Source of the DNA: Phoronis australis
Taxonomy: Eukaryota; Animalia; Phoronida
Assembly: GCA_002633005.1 (NCBI GenBank)
Contig: NMRA01000044.1
Span: 573,195-637,194 of the forward strand
Direction: 5' to 3'
Length of the DNA stretch: 64,000 nucleotides
Positions within the stretch are counted from its first letter, which is position 1. Each line of letters opens with the position of its first letter. This document shows, piece by piece, positions 36,796-50,451 of the stretch. A program made the position numbers and the translations under genes. The notes beneath the pieces are model-generated. The model was not told the DNA's origin, did no database searches, and saw only the letters and a program-made list of their open reading frames with translations.

Positions 36796-37739
36796 GTGTA
36801 TGTTATGTTGTTAAAAAACTTTAAATTTTCAACCTAATGTATAATATGGACAACATTTTGTCATGATCATGACTAACACCGCTCGGTGTGTCGTTCCCTG
36901 TGACAGTTGACAGTGAACTGCAATGTGGGATAATGTTAATTAATTATGACAATTAATGAAATTGATGACAGAAAATTTGTTTCAGAAGCGTTGGAAAAGT
37001 ATGGTGTTCACATGTAGGTTGTGATGTCAAATCTTTATCAAGTTACAAATGGTTAACACTATAGTTCTTTTTGTAGGAGTTCAGAATACAGTAGCATGTT
37101 TTCTGGACAACAAGAGGCGTTGCTAAAATTTTAAGTTTTCTCTTTTTTGATCAATTTTCCGCCTAATATCATAATATTTATCACTTTCCTTGTTCAAGAA
37201 CGTCAAATGAACAAAACCCAATCAGATTGTCATTCAGTTTTTGTCTAGTGTTGCTGGTTTTTAAAGATTGGTTTTCTGTGTCAAATTTTGCAAAAAGTCA
37301 GATTTTTGAGGTCAAATTTCTCGAAAACGTGCAAGTCAAACCTTGGGAACTTTTTAGATTTTAAAGTATATTACTTAATGACCTTAAAAACACCAAACTT
37401 ATCTTTCCCCCAAAAAGTGGCCACGGAAGTGATTTTCTAGGCGTCCTAGAGTCAAATGGATTATGTCCTATATAGTGGGGCACATTCCTCGCAGGAGCAG
37501 CAAAACTTTTGCGTTCTTTTTGAAGTGTATACTGACATAACGGTGAGGCTCGGTCTACAAACTAAGGACTGTCGAATCTTTCAATTGATAAATAGTAGAA
37601 TTTTAGAACTGTAGGCTAGGAACCAGTAAGTTCCTAGCTGTAGGTAAGGCATTTTTCACTGAAAACGCGTGTTGGCACTTATAGGGGCATGGGCGCTTAT
37701 TAGGGCGAATAGCGGCAGAATTACACACAGCAGCGTAGT

Positions 37740-38400
37740 TTAATGCACACAAATCACACGTCGTGCAAACCAATCGGCCATTCCACATACCCTAATCAAT
37801 CCCAATAGCCTTTGCGCACCCTAATTTCTAGACATGCGCAATCGATTCCGTTGCAACTTCGCTTTTGACGCTGCAACTGTAGCTATTTAAATTACATGGA
37901 ATCTGACCTTTGTAGTCACACCTAATCATCTCCAGTGTGCAAAAGGGGAGAGTTGGGCATGGACTCCATCCGGAATTGTAGAGGGTGAGAGCGATTTGTT
38001 TATGGTAGCTTTCTTCCATCCATAGCCCTCTGGATCTAATGCTTCTCTGTGAATGCCTCTGTTGTCGGTGACAGAATACACGGTTTGGGGGCGGACGTAT
38101 ACCCCCATAGTAGTAGTCTGGTTCCTAGTTCTCTGAGTTTGATAACATTTGCTGTCCAGGGCTTATTGTTCCAAGTACATTACCTGTTGGAGTAGCAATC
38201 CTGTCACTGCTAATATTCACAACTGCAACTTTGGGATAGAATTTGCTTTGGATTCAATAGATCGATGCTTATATCTACGTTTTGAAAGACTATCCTGGGA
38301 ATCTGCATCAACAGGGGCCTTACTTTCTTCTGTGTTATAAGTTTTGGTAGAAGCTGCAATGTTATCGGTCTCCATCTCTCAAACCACTTTCAATGTTGTA
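37740..38400 (-). mobile_element. Possible decayed gag/protease remnant of an LTR retrotransposon
   Basis: Minus-strand fragments VFCHR.., LYNSGWS (LxDSGAS-like) and AIGID (ILGxD-like) occur in the expected order, with many stops. Confidence 0.3.
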
Positions 38401-38589
38401 GGACAAATGGCAACTTGCACCCAGAGCTTGAGAGTCTCTTCTTTGTGTCCGTACCTCACGAATGTGGTCCCTAGAAACTGTTCGCTCCGAGCCTCATTCC
38501 ATCATTCTTCCTTGTCGTTTTAACTATTCTGCGCCGGGCAGTTTCTCAACTTCTGAGCACAAACTAGACAAAATATTTTATTACTTCAT

Positions 38590-40604
38590 TTTTAGAAAAT
38601 GGATTCTCCAAATTTATCATGCTACAACCAGCAAACAAATTTCATTAAATTCATTGACCACATAAACAAGGGTGCAGACGTTCAAATAGTTTAGCTGGGG
38701 TGCCTAGTACTTCAACTATAAACAAAAGTAGAATTTTGAATAAAGGCCGCTTTAATTTGCATATGTTATGCAAATTCACGATGTATCCACCTGCACACGA
38801 GCTATATTAAAGTCACTAAACAGAAGCATAGGTAAAACACTGGGTGAGCAGTTGAATCATAATGCTTTCAAAGATGTACCTGTTTGTGATGAGATTATAT
38901 GGCATAACAGAGAGATAACACTTAATAATAAGTCACTATATTATAAAGAGTTTGCTAAGAATGGGCTACGTTTCTTCAATGACTTTCTTGATGCTGAAAA
39001 TAAGCTTTTATCGTGGGAGGTGCTCAAGGCAAAATATAAATTGGTAAATTCTCAAATTCTGAGTTTTAATTCAATATGTATTGTTTTATCTAGAAAAATT
39101 GATCAAGGTCATCAGCGATTGGTTGGCTGCAACAATAAAATTTGCTTAGATTATAATAAAATTCCAAAAGAAAAAATCAAGAGTATTTTGATACAAAAGT
39201 ATTGCAAAAAACCAGACAATTATGAAAAATTGTTGCAGCATTACTCCAAACAAGATATCCGAAAAATTTATTCCTTGCCTTTTACACTTCCCCTCGAACC
39301 ATGCATTAAATCTTTTAAGTATATGTTGTTACATAACAGAGTGTATACTAACTCTTTGTTATATAAGATGAAGATTGTTAATTCAGATAAATGTCCCTAT
39401 TGTAATCTAGTACAGAGTACTGAACACATGTTTTACCTTTGTGATGTAGTGCAAAGATTGTTGATTAATGTTCAGGATATTTTGACATCTTCCCTTAAGG
39501 AAGACGTCAGAATAACCAAAAATGAAATCATGTTTTGCCATTTAGGTTCTGAATTCTCCCTGTTGATTAATTATGTTATCACTATCGCCCAATATTTTAT
39601 TTATTTACGTAGCCAACAGCACTTGCATCCAGATTGGTCTGCCCTTAAAATATTCATGTCAAAATATATTAAAATTTCAATAGTTAATTTTCAAAAACAA
39701 AAAGAACCGGACAATATTAATATTAAAATGTGGGAGAGCCTCAGTGCTGCCATGCAATGAATCTGTAATATCTGTAATATACTTAACTCATATATTGTTT
39801 AGTAGTATTATCATTAAATGATGAAATGTGTGAATGAGTGTGCGAGTGTGTGAGTGAAAGTCCTTGCCCCTTTTCCTTGTTCACCCTTTCACCCTTTAAA
39901 AATTATCAATGTATATTATTGAAGAATAAAATTATGAAAAAAAAAACTATAAACAAAAGTAGAATTTTGAATAAAGGCCGCTTTAATTTGCATATGTTAT
40001 GCAAATTCACGATGTATCCACCTGCACACGAGCTATATTAAAGTCACTAAACAGAAGCATAGGTAAAACACTGAAGTAACCTGTTTGCAGTGCTTGGTGA
40101 GAGCGTTATAAGTAAAATATGATTTTGAATAATGGTGGATTTAATTTAAATTAATTATGCAAATTTATCATGCACCAACTTGCAAACTGATTTCATTAAA
40201 CTAATTGACCATAGAAACATCGGTGCAAATGTCATCATAGTTCACCTGTGGTGCTTGGTACCGTAGCTATTAGAACAAGAAAAATTTTGAACAATTCCGG
40301 CCTTAATTTGCATAAATTATGCATATTCACTACGTATCCCCAAAACACTTGCACTGTTAAATTCTCTGACCATGTGAAAACATGATAATAATCTGCCTGT
40401 AGTGCTTAGTAAGGAAAATTATAAGCAAAAATAGAATTTTTAATTGCATAACGGCGGCCTTAATTTGCATATTTGAAGGGTTGCGAACCGTCACCCCCCA
40501 AAATCATGATGACAGATACCTGGGCTATATAAAACAGCAAGGAAAATACTTCATCCAATAAATTCAGGTTAAGTACAAAAAAACAGCATTTGGCTCCCGG
40601 ACTA
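38590..40604 (-). mobile_element. Octamer-rich tandem-repeat element (relative of 22727-23420) hosting a LINE insertion
   Basis: ~160-bp periodicity (TTTTGAA at about 39965, 40123, 40285); reverse-complement similarity to 22727-23350. Confidence 0.65.
38843..39944 (+). mobile_element. 5'-truncated L1/Tx1-clade LINE (ORF2 C-terminus with zf-RVT CCHC), with poly(A) and a 129-bp TSD
   Basis: Uninterrupted frame to 39760 with IIWHN..NKS, FKYMLLHNRVYTN and CPYC-x6-EHMFYLC. AATAAA and an A run lie at 39925-39946. Identical flanking repeats at 38714-38842 and 39945-40073. Confidence 0.92.
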
Positions 40605-41587
40605 TACCAGATGGAGAATTCAAAGCGATTTTTCATTGTGAAGATTTTACATCGAACTACAAATTTTTTAACGATAGCGAGTGAGGCGAAGTCGTCGGCT
40701 CGATGTAATAGCTTTGTATAGTTCACGACAAGAATAAGAGAGTTTTAATATAATCATAAAAGATAACCACGTCTATCCCGACAACAATCCCAAAATGCGT
40801 TTTCGTCCGCAAAACCGATAATGTACCTTTAGCGCAGTTCATCCTGCTAACTATTCCCATTTGCGCGACTGGCATTCCATGTAGGATACATGAATCTCCA
40901 TCGCTTTTCGTTTGTTTTCACAGGACAATGATTTGGTTTCTCGTCGCCCTGTGTTGGCTTGGGGCAAGTGGGGACTTCCCCCCACATGCTCGGAAAACCG
41001 GCTTAAGCTCCCCCCTCACGATACTGCACGGCGGCAGCTGGGGTACCTGGGGTAGAGTTGATTACTGCCCAGATGGTAAATTCGCTTACGGTAAGCTTCC
41101 AAAGTAATAAAGACATATATCAGTTTTTAACTAAAACGTAAAGAAACAGTGCCAGTCATGCCACAATACAGGTAACTTTTAAAGTGGCTTTCTGTCAAAA
41201 ACGAGTTTCAATAATTTAGGCTATTTTAAGTTTAGAAGAGATCTTTGGACCCAGTATGAACTTACAGCTCGTCATTTCTTCAGTTCGTAAACTACAGAGA
41301 CCAGTTTCATTACGGTAAGCGGCCAAAACAAAACTTACTATTTGATAGAAAGCACAAGTTTTTAGATCTCTGTTCAGCATGCCGCCGGAAACGCCGGCTG
41401 ACTTTTTAAAAAAGATTGCTCTTATCGGCCCGTAGAAAGGCAAAAATGATTGGGGGGGGGGGGCACAAACCGTTTCGACTTCGCCAAATAACTCCCCTCC
41501 ATCGCCACCACCTCCACCAGCCCCCCGTGCTTCCGATGCTACCGTATTTGTACCGATTCTCACTCGTCCGCCCTAGGTGGGGGCATG

Positions 41588-41735
41588 CAGTGGCGGATAT
41601 AAGGTTGGACAAGGGGCCATAGCCTCCGTGAAATTCTCCCAGATTCCATGTGGCAGTTTGGGGGTGCGAATTTCTGACGGATAAAACCCTGGCTAATACT
41701 CTGCCCTGCCCCCCCCAACTCAAAACCTGAAGCCA
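41588..41735. mobile_element. GC-rich MITE related to 15447-15596 and 27197-27407
   Basis: CAGTGGCGGAT start; shares AAATTCTCCCAGAT and CCCTGCCCCCCCAACTCAAAA. The right end is degraded. Confidence 0.65.
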
Positions 41736-43704
41736 TCAAGAGTTGAGTAACCGTGAACCAACACGGAGAGTAAAAATTGGCCTATTACCAGTACACTGAC
41801 CGGTGGCCTGCAGCTTCCTCAAATAGCTACAGCTGCAGAGATCAAACAGTGTGAAAATACGAAATTTCCGATGAACTAAAGATAGTTGCTGGTCAGCTCA
41901 GCGGTGATTCACTTGAGACAGGCAGCACCTACCGCTGGTGTGCGCTCGCTCTAAGGTCAAGATTCGTCAGTTTTATTGTGATCCAGTTTCGGGAAGACTT
42001 TATTTTATTTTTGTCATTCTTTGAAAGAGTTTTCTTAAAAAGATGAGGTTCCGAAGCCCCTGGTATAGTGCCTTTGGGTATGTTTCAAAATTCCTAGTTG
42101 AAACACAACCGGTAGTCCAGTTTCTGGTGGCTGGGGAAAAGGATAGTGTATCCCAAACTACAGAACTAAGATGAAAGGCTAAACATCTTTTAGCTCGAAA
42201 AAAGGGGTGACAGTGCATTCCACCGTCGTGTGGTCTCAAAATGATGAAGGGGGTGACCTCCTTCAACATGAAAGCCGGTTGCACGATTTAACAAAAACAG
42301 GAAAATAGAGGTAATCGATTCAAACATTGGGCCCTTTCTCCGTGAGCGGCCCCTTAAGAATTTGTCAATAAAAACAGAAGCAGGGTGGCTACCTGAATGT
42401 CATCAATAGCGTCCTTTAAGGGGGGCCCCTAAATATAAAAAATATCTATATTTTTAAATATCAAGAAATGCGCAGCAATTGAAATTATCTGTCAGGTCAT
42501 CAATTTTTCTCAAATAATATACAGTTTCGAGCGAAAATAAAGCAAAAGTTGTCTCCGTTATCCCTTGAAAGAGAAGGGCATCTAGAGAAATATAGTTTTG
42601 CATTCATAAAATTGACTTATTGAATTTAAAATCCAGTAAATTAGTATGTTTTCAGTAAGCGCACGAATCTCACCAGAAAAGCAATCACGAACAACCACAG
42701 CTAACTCATACGACTGAAAGACGACTGTCATTTTATTATGATTGGGACCTTATTAGCATAGCCTGCGACTACGGGATGCAGACCCGGTGAGCTTTCCATA
42801 GAGATAATAACTTCTTTCTGGGAAACTGAGAACACACATGACCTCACGAAATTACTTGATAGAAAAGCGAGTGTTCCTCGAGTACGCTTGAGAATTTTAC
42901 TATCAGCCTATCCTAGCAAGTATGATAACTTCAAATTGGCTGCTATTAAAACTGGCATATTAACTACGAACTATGAATTTTTACCTACGTTTAACAACTG
43001 AACTATTGAACACGGGGGGGGGGNGAGAGTAATATCGAGGTAGCTGATATAGCATTCTGTATGGGGAGGACGATATTGGGTGCCAGCATAGAACTATAGC
43101 CTTGGAATACCCTCTGACACAGCACCAACCTAAAAGTAATCCGGTGGAAACATGACGAACGACACAAGGCATTCCGTGTGTGTGTGGCATCAATACGCAT
43201 GCCTTGGTCGGAAGTACACCGATCACATGGCTTCCACTTGCACAAGTCTTTATGCACTGTACTTGTTTGGACTTAAGCCACTGGACCGAGGTTCACTTGA
43301 TTTTGATCACTGCCCGTTTTAATGAATTGCAAATATAAATCCAAGGTGGTTGGCATACTACATAACAGTAAATTGAAAGGGGTTTCCCAATTTTCAACTA
43401 ATGAAAATGACTGAGTGTTATGACGTCAATTTCATTACTTAAACGAATGTGAAGCTATGTTAAACAACGTGAAACAGTGCTACCTTTCGTAGCACTGTAA
43501 AGAGTGTAGCCCTGGAATGCCAACTTCAATCTCGCGCTGTTGAGGTTGCGCCGCGCATGCGAGGCATTTGTTTGCATTGGTTTGTTCCGGTTTCGGTTAT
43601 CGTTAGGATATTAGCTGCCATTAAAACTTTTCGCAATTCCGCCGTTTTTCAACCTAATAGCATAAGGGTCATGTCATTAGAAAGCCCTTCGTCACTTCTT
43701 GATA

Positions 43705-44849
43705 GCGTATGTTAATATTATGTCTTATGGATGTAATGATAACGAACTCCTTTGGTTTAGAAACTAGTTATACGACCGTAAACAGGCCACCAAATACGAT
43801 GGCATTCCTTCTGACTACTCAACCGTAATCACGGGGATACCCCAAGGTTCCATTTTGGGCCCTCTATTATTCACTTTTTTTGTTAACGACCTCCCTACTG
43901 TCCTCCACAACAGTGTCCCAGTTTTATACGCTGATGACACTGCAATTATGTCGACAGCTGGATCAGTAAAAGAACTCGAAACTTCTCTCAACGATGAGCT
44001 AGCCCTTATCCATGACGGGCTGATTCAAAATAAACTCACTCTTAACGTTAGTAAAACCAAGTCGATGCTGTTTGGAACCCATTAGAAATTAAAATAACAA
44101 AAACTGTCCCTTTCTATCAACTGTTCTCCCATAGAGAATGTTGACAAGTTTAAGTACTCGGGCCTTACTTTAGATCCCAATCTTAAATTTAATATTCACA
44201 TAGATCATATCACAAAGAAATTATCAAAGAAAATCGGTGTACTTAAACGTCTAGGCAAATGTCTTAATGTCAGTGTACTCTTAAGACCCTTTACCATTCT
44301 ATTATTCAGCCTCATATTGATTATTGTTTACCGGTTTGGGGCACACTAGTGACACACTTGTCAGCAAAGTCCAAGTAATCCAAAATAGAGCCGCCAGGGC
44401 TATCCTGGGTACTAGAATTAGGGACACTAGAGTTGACGACTTGTATTCCAAGCTGGGATTTATGAAAGTAAGACAAAGAAATAAATATCTCTCTGCCTGT
44501 TGTATGTACAGATGTATCAATGGCTTGGCTCCAGTATGTCTCAGCAGTAAATTCAATGGCAGTCAGGCTGTATATTTTACACGTTCTTCTGTTGCTGGTA
44601 ATGTTTCTTCTAAAAAATTATAACCAAGACGGGCAAGAGATCTTTTATCTATGCAGCTGCTATAATATGGAACTCTCTTATCCCAGAAATTAAACGGTCT
44701 AATTCAATTACTACCTTCAAAGTAAATATTAAAAAGTGGCTGTAATTTACCTAACCTTTTATACCCTGCCTGTCTTAATCATGTCATTTTTTCATTGTCG
44801 TAAATACTCTCACTGTCTGAAGAGGCCACCCTTATTTTAAATATCACAA

Positions 44850-44880
<31 letters not shown>

Positions 44881-44883
44881 ATA
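43705..44883 (+). mobile_element. 5'-truncated CR1/L2-clade LINE (RT remnant) with (TAAA)n tail
   Basis: GIPQGSILGPLLF, LYADD, LTLNVSKTK, KYxGL, IQNRAARAI; stops and frameshifts; TAAA repeats at 44849-44883. Confidence 0.93.
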
Positions 44884-45629
44884 TAGCAGAAGCAAACAAT
44901 ACATAATTCAATTCATAAATAATCATCATATCGCATACTTGACATATTTAAAATATTTTTGTTACCAAAATGCGAAAAATAACACGGTGTAAGAGTGACA
45001 CAAAAAAGGAAATGAACCAGAGAGGTTGTATAAATGGCCCATCAAACCAGCAGGGAAATAATTTCAATGATTCAAAAGTTTTCTGCCCTATCAAGACAAA
45101 CGTTTTAGAATATAGATTCCTAACAGACATTCATCCAAAATTATACATCTTTATGTATCAGCTGGACCTTCGGTGCCGTTTGATACAGTTCTTCAGTGAC
45201 ATTTACTCCAACAACCTATCCGAACTTTGCACAGATAAAGACTTCCTTTACATAGGCTGCAGTGTAAGACATTCCATAGTACTTTGTAAATAAACTCATT
45301 TTCCGATTGTTATGTTACTAAAGAAAGTGGAGTCTGGAAAATAACATTATTCGTGATAAAGAGACAAGTGAACACCAGTGCAGTATCCAATTTTACTCTA
45401 CTATTCTAGTTGACTGCTAGAGACCAACCGTGAAGTAGGTCAAGGTCACGTAATAAAAGTATTGAAATGGTTGCCACCATAGACTATATAGTACATGGAC
45501 CTCCAACTCCGTAAACTTTCAGTGGACGAAATCTGTGAGGTTTCGCACAAGTCGTTACGTCATTATTCACTAGCGTCACCTAGCCAAATTACCTGGTGTA
45601 ATTTCCGGCAAGTACGTCGTCTGCTAATC

Positions 45630-45698
45630 ATGGTCGGTCGCTGTGTGGCAGGGTGTTCGGCCACACAGGCGAAACGCAAAGGCGTTAGCTTCCATAGC
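45630..45698 (+). mobile_element. THAP-domain N-terminal remnant (DNA transposon derived)
   Basis: MVGRCVAGCSATQAKRKGVSFH resembles the THAP start MxxxCxxxGC...GVSFHxFP. Confidence 0.55.
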
Positions 45699-48421
45699 GT
45701 ACGGAGACACATAATTGGGAGAAAAACCTTACGTCTTGTATAAACGTTAATGACATTTTGATGATGGATGTTCTTTAAGAACTTCTGGTAGGCCTACTAG
45801 TACTGCGACTACTGACTCAATTCTCACATATCCATTGTTCTTTTTTCCTTTTTGATGAAATTATTTCCTGGTAATTTTTGGCGAAAATTGTCCTCTAAAT
45901 TCTTTCAAAAGATAGTGATTCACGAACTGCTGTCTTTACGAGGAAATTAAGCCATAATCTAGGGTATGAATTAACCAAATTGGTCATCTTCGCTAGCACT
46001 AATCAGGCGATTTCTATCTCAGCACAATGCGCACATTTCGTCAGGATTTGGAGCACCGATTTAGCCGATTTAGAAATCCGTGTACAAATAAATTGAATGC
46101 TGGTAAAACCTTTAACATAGTAAAAAACACATTAATACTCCAGAAATAACCAACTGGCCTTCTCAAAATCTATCTCGCAATTCAACAGCAGGTTACACAC
46201 TCATTTCATGTCGAATGTATGCCGCACAAAATCTCTAGCACATCGTAGCCATGTACATTGAAGTATACGAAAACACAACCAACTAACCCGAGTTTCAACT
46301 TCTTTGCAAACAAAAAACAGGAACACCAGAGGGGTGTGAAAGTTGTTTTTATTCTTGAATGTTAATTTTTTGTAAGCGGACAAATGTTTTTAAATTCCCG
46401 CCTTATATCCTAACATTTCCAAAATTAAACTTTTCAAACAAACGTTTATAACAAAAACAACCGATTTTGTAAAGTCCTATACCATCTCTAGGGTACATAA
46501 TGAACCAATCCTACTCGTAATGTAACAAAAGGGTCCCGTGCGTAAGGGATACTAAGAACTGTCCTGAAATATGTGAAATGTCAAATCAGATCACGCGGTT
46601 TGGAAGTCCAGTTTTACTTTTTATGAACTTCAGTTGCACTGCACGCAATCTTTTGTGAATTTACCATAGTTGGCTACAGACTGACCCATTTTTATAAAAA
46701 CTCGCAACGCAGACAAACGTCTACACAAATTGCACCCTATGCAGCTCCAGTTTAGTCAGGTATAAATAACGCCACAAACATGGAAATTAACCGAAACACG
46801 TCTACCTTACAGATGTGACATTCCCTGGCCTCGGAAAACTCGAGAACCCGACAAAAGTACTAATGATTAAATACCGGTGATGATAATCATCCACTTACTT
46901 CACCTATACAATTGGAAATTGCCGCTAAAATGAAACTCATATGAGTAATCACCACGTGAGTCCCTAGGTCAGCCCTAATAATTATGGTAGAACTCAAGAA
47001 GCCCAAGTTGCGGTCAATCATGATGGGCATAAATAACGAAACTTACTGTATCAACAGACTAGCCAAATAAAAATAAGATACAAAGCATTGTTACACAGTG
47101 CACAATAACTGGGTTTATCATTTTTCCGCCGCAAGTGCTTGAACCAAGCAGATCACCAATAGCGCAAACCTTTTGTAAACACGCTTGATTTTTAGGGAAT
47201 CTGTTACTGCTCTTTGTATTTTCAAAACTTTAATGTGTTGCATTTAATTTATTTTATGTTCAAGTGAATGAGGCCACTTAATATAAATGCATTCAAGACG
47301 ATTGATGCATTGTAAAAACCACAAGTCATGCTCTATCAACATTAGACATAATCAGTACACCTCTTTCTTAAAAAATGGGTTAAAATTTAGAAACAAAACA
47401 CAATTTTCCATCACTTGCAACGTCGATTTTCGACATGAATGTTGGAGTAGAATATCGGTATGGGGACAGCAACACAGAATCGTACCGGCGAAGGCGATGA
47501 TTTTCGAAATTTGATTCGTTTTGTTGTATGTCTTTTTCCCCACGGTTCAGGATTACTTGTGAATCCAGGAACATGAACTGAACGAGGCAGGGTTCGTGAC
47601 AACGTTGGTGAGCGGTAACAAAGGTGTTACAACTGTCATCGATATTGTCATCTTGTCTGTTTTCATTCAACCTTCCCTGATGAAATCTTAAATGGAGAGC
47701 ACCTTCAGTAATTGACTGAGCACGGTATACTGTGTGATTTATGTTGAATTATTCAACGGTTCTTTTAAAAACCATGTCACGCTATACCTAAGGCTTATGC
47801 ACAGTACAACCAACGGCCCTTTTAAGGGCCACTTAACACTTCCCAAATGAACTGCTCACTTGTGAATGTTGAATTATAAACATACAAAGGTTAAACCAGT
47901 GAAATCGTTACAGTGGCGCATTTTTTAATCCGAACAAAATTAATATTTTTCCAAAACAAAAACGTTATATAAGTATCTTTTGCATTCACAAGTACTCCTT
48001 GGAATTTGTGCACAAACATGCTTTCGTAGTTTTCTCAGTAGGCCTATGTGAACCATAAACCACAAACTGAACTATAACTATGCTGCTATTGGGCAAGCAG
48101 ACGACATAATCAGTCGGGACCGAAGTTTGAATTATGTAATTAATTACCAGTAGCATTGCCAACACTTCTACTATTGGAAGACTTTGAATAACGTTTCAAT
48201 GCCGAAATTATTAGTTTTTTCGTTGTGCTGGACAGTAAAGTAGATGCGAGAGTTTCCCGTCAATATACACTAACCGGAAACTGCTCCAGATGAGTGGCGG
48301 CGCCTCTTGGCTAACACGGAAGTAAATGTCGGAGTTGCATATGTGTTGTCTATAATCTATTTTGGCACTTAAATCAGTAACATTTCCCCGTAAGTGACCC
48401 CCAAAATTAGGATACAACATT

Positions 48422-50290
48422 TGGCGATGAGGAAATCCGAACCCTCAAGTAACCAACAACTGTGTACTGTAACTTGACACCCTATCTTCCGAAATGACAA
48501 CACATGTCACCGTTAACCCTGTCGGTCCCTTCGACCCACACGGCAATAATGCGAACAATTATCAACATTGGAAACGATGGATACGTGGATTTGACTTATA
48601 TGTCAACGCAGTAGGCTGCACTGACTCAAAGCAGCGTCGACAACTACTGTTGCACTGTGCAGGCCCCGAAATTCAGGATATATTTTCACTTTTGAGGGTG
48701 ATTTGAACGCGTATAGTCTTTCGAAGCAGAAACTGAATGACTGCTTCAAAGCCGTCACAAATCTGCCGCATATGAGAAACATGCTCCAACAAGCCAAACA
48801 AAGTGAGGTGAGACAGTCCTACAGTTCGTCAAACGACTACGTCAGCCCCCGAAAGACTGTGATTTTGGCGAGCGACAACACGCATTCATAACAGATCATG
48901 TCGTTGATAAGTGTCTATCGTACCAATTGCAAACAAAGCTGTTGACACAAAAGGACTTCACGCTGGGAAAGTGCCTTGAACTAGCTGCTGCAAAGGCAGG
49001 AAGCGTCAGAACAACAGGCTCAAGATATCAGTGGTACCGCAAGAGCATTCCGTGCTCTACCCTTCGGTGGTGGTAATCGTCGGTCCCCGACACACCTCAC
49101 CACACAGTACGCAACAACATTCGCGAAAGCCGCCGCCCCGCTATCAACACCACAACCAGAATCCGCCCCACCGCAACCAGAATTGACACCGATCCACAAG
49201 CTGGGCGCCCAGTGGTGACAAATGCTCCCGTTGCGGACAACTCGGGCACACCGGTAGTAAGTGTCGACGTTTGGCGACTATAACCTGTTTTAAGTGCCAG
49301 AAAAGGGGGCACTGCGCCTAGCAATGCCCTTCTAAGTTCAAATCCCGAAATTCTGCTAACCACGTCCAGGCCAATGCGCAGGAGAGCGAGAGTTCTTCTG
49401 ACGGATCGTACACAGACGAGTACGCCTACGCAATGGGCGATGGCGAAACACTGCAAGTCCTGATGAATGGGGTCCCCACACAAGTCGTGAATGATTCTGG
49501 AGCTTCTTGCAACATAATAAACTCTGACATTGCGTTAAAACTCGAAGAAAGTGGTCTGCAGTCACTATAATTTCGCCGGCGCATTTATCCGTACACGTCA
49601 CCTCCTCCTGTCACTGCCTTTTCACTGCCGACATATTAACACGTGGAAACTGCGTAAAGTCAGCCGAGTTCCTTGTTCTGTAGGGCGATTCCCTATCGCT
49701 GTTAGGCAGAGTGACCGCGAAGGCTCTAGGGGTGCTCACGACCAAAACCGACTACGTGAACTCAGTATCCGACAACGTGAACTCAGTATCCGTTCCAGAC
49801 AACAATAACGGAAACCCAACTAGTGTTGCAGCGATACAGCACGATATCCACAGTTCTGGAAAGGAATTGGTTGCCTGAAGGACAGTGATGTCATGATACA
49901 TATTGACGAATACGTTCCGCCTGTAGCGTGCAAGCACAGTCGCGTACCGTTTCACAATCGTGCTAAAGTGGCTTCCGAGGTAGACAAGCTGTTGAGCGCC
50001 GATGCTATAGAGCGAGTCACTGGTTGTACGCCGTGGGTCTCTCGAATTGTGACTCCGCCCAAGCCGAAAAAGCCCGACGAAATCAGACTGTGAGTGGACA
50101 TGCGTGATTCCAACTAGGCAAAACGTCGCACCAGACACGTAACACTCACTATGGATGAACTCATTACCGAGCTTAGTGGTGCAGTAAGATTGACCTCCGA
50201 TCAGGATGTCATCAGCTCACTTTCCACCCTTCGTGCCGTTACATCACTGCGTTCTTGAAACACATAGGCCTTCATCAATTTAAACGTCTC
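48422..50290 (+). mobile_element. Degenerate Ty3/Gypsy (Mag-like) LTR retrotransposon: PBS, gag, protease and partial RT
   Basis: An ACAACA LTR end is followed by PBS TGGCGATGAGGA (48422-48433; resembles the complement of a tRNA-Ser 3' end). Gag WKRWIRGF..LLLHCAG; two CCHC knuckles at about 49223-49327; protease DSGAS at about 49494; RT WVSRIV..PKP..EIRL*VDMR. Many frameshifts. Confidence 0.92.
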
Positions 50291-50430
50291 TGTTGCGAAC
50301 GCAAGAACTAAACTTCCGGTTTTACGGAACGGCCGTTTCCTCGCAGTTTGACGATTTGGTTATTAAGACTTGTAAAAACAAAATGTGTGTATCGTTCTCT
50401 GACTCATGTCATTTAAATACATTCACAACA
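50291..50430 (+). mobile_element. Candidate short LTR (TGTTG...CAACA)
   Basis: 140 bp bounded by 5-bp inverted LTR-type termini, directly after the truncated RT. It does not match the sequence upstream of the PBS. Confidence 0.45.
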
Positions 50431-50451
50431 TAATTCAACCATGTTATGAGT

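Noticed and set aside
38714-40073. 129-bp direct repeats as LTRs (TRIM-like element)
   Set aside because: No TG...CA ends, PBS or PPT. The interior is a poly(A)-tailed non-LTR ORF2 tail, and the repeat is continuous with the host element on both sides.
41216-41723. Gly/Pro/His-rich ORFs
   Set aside because: They arise from G/C runs in MITE-like repeats.
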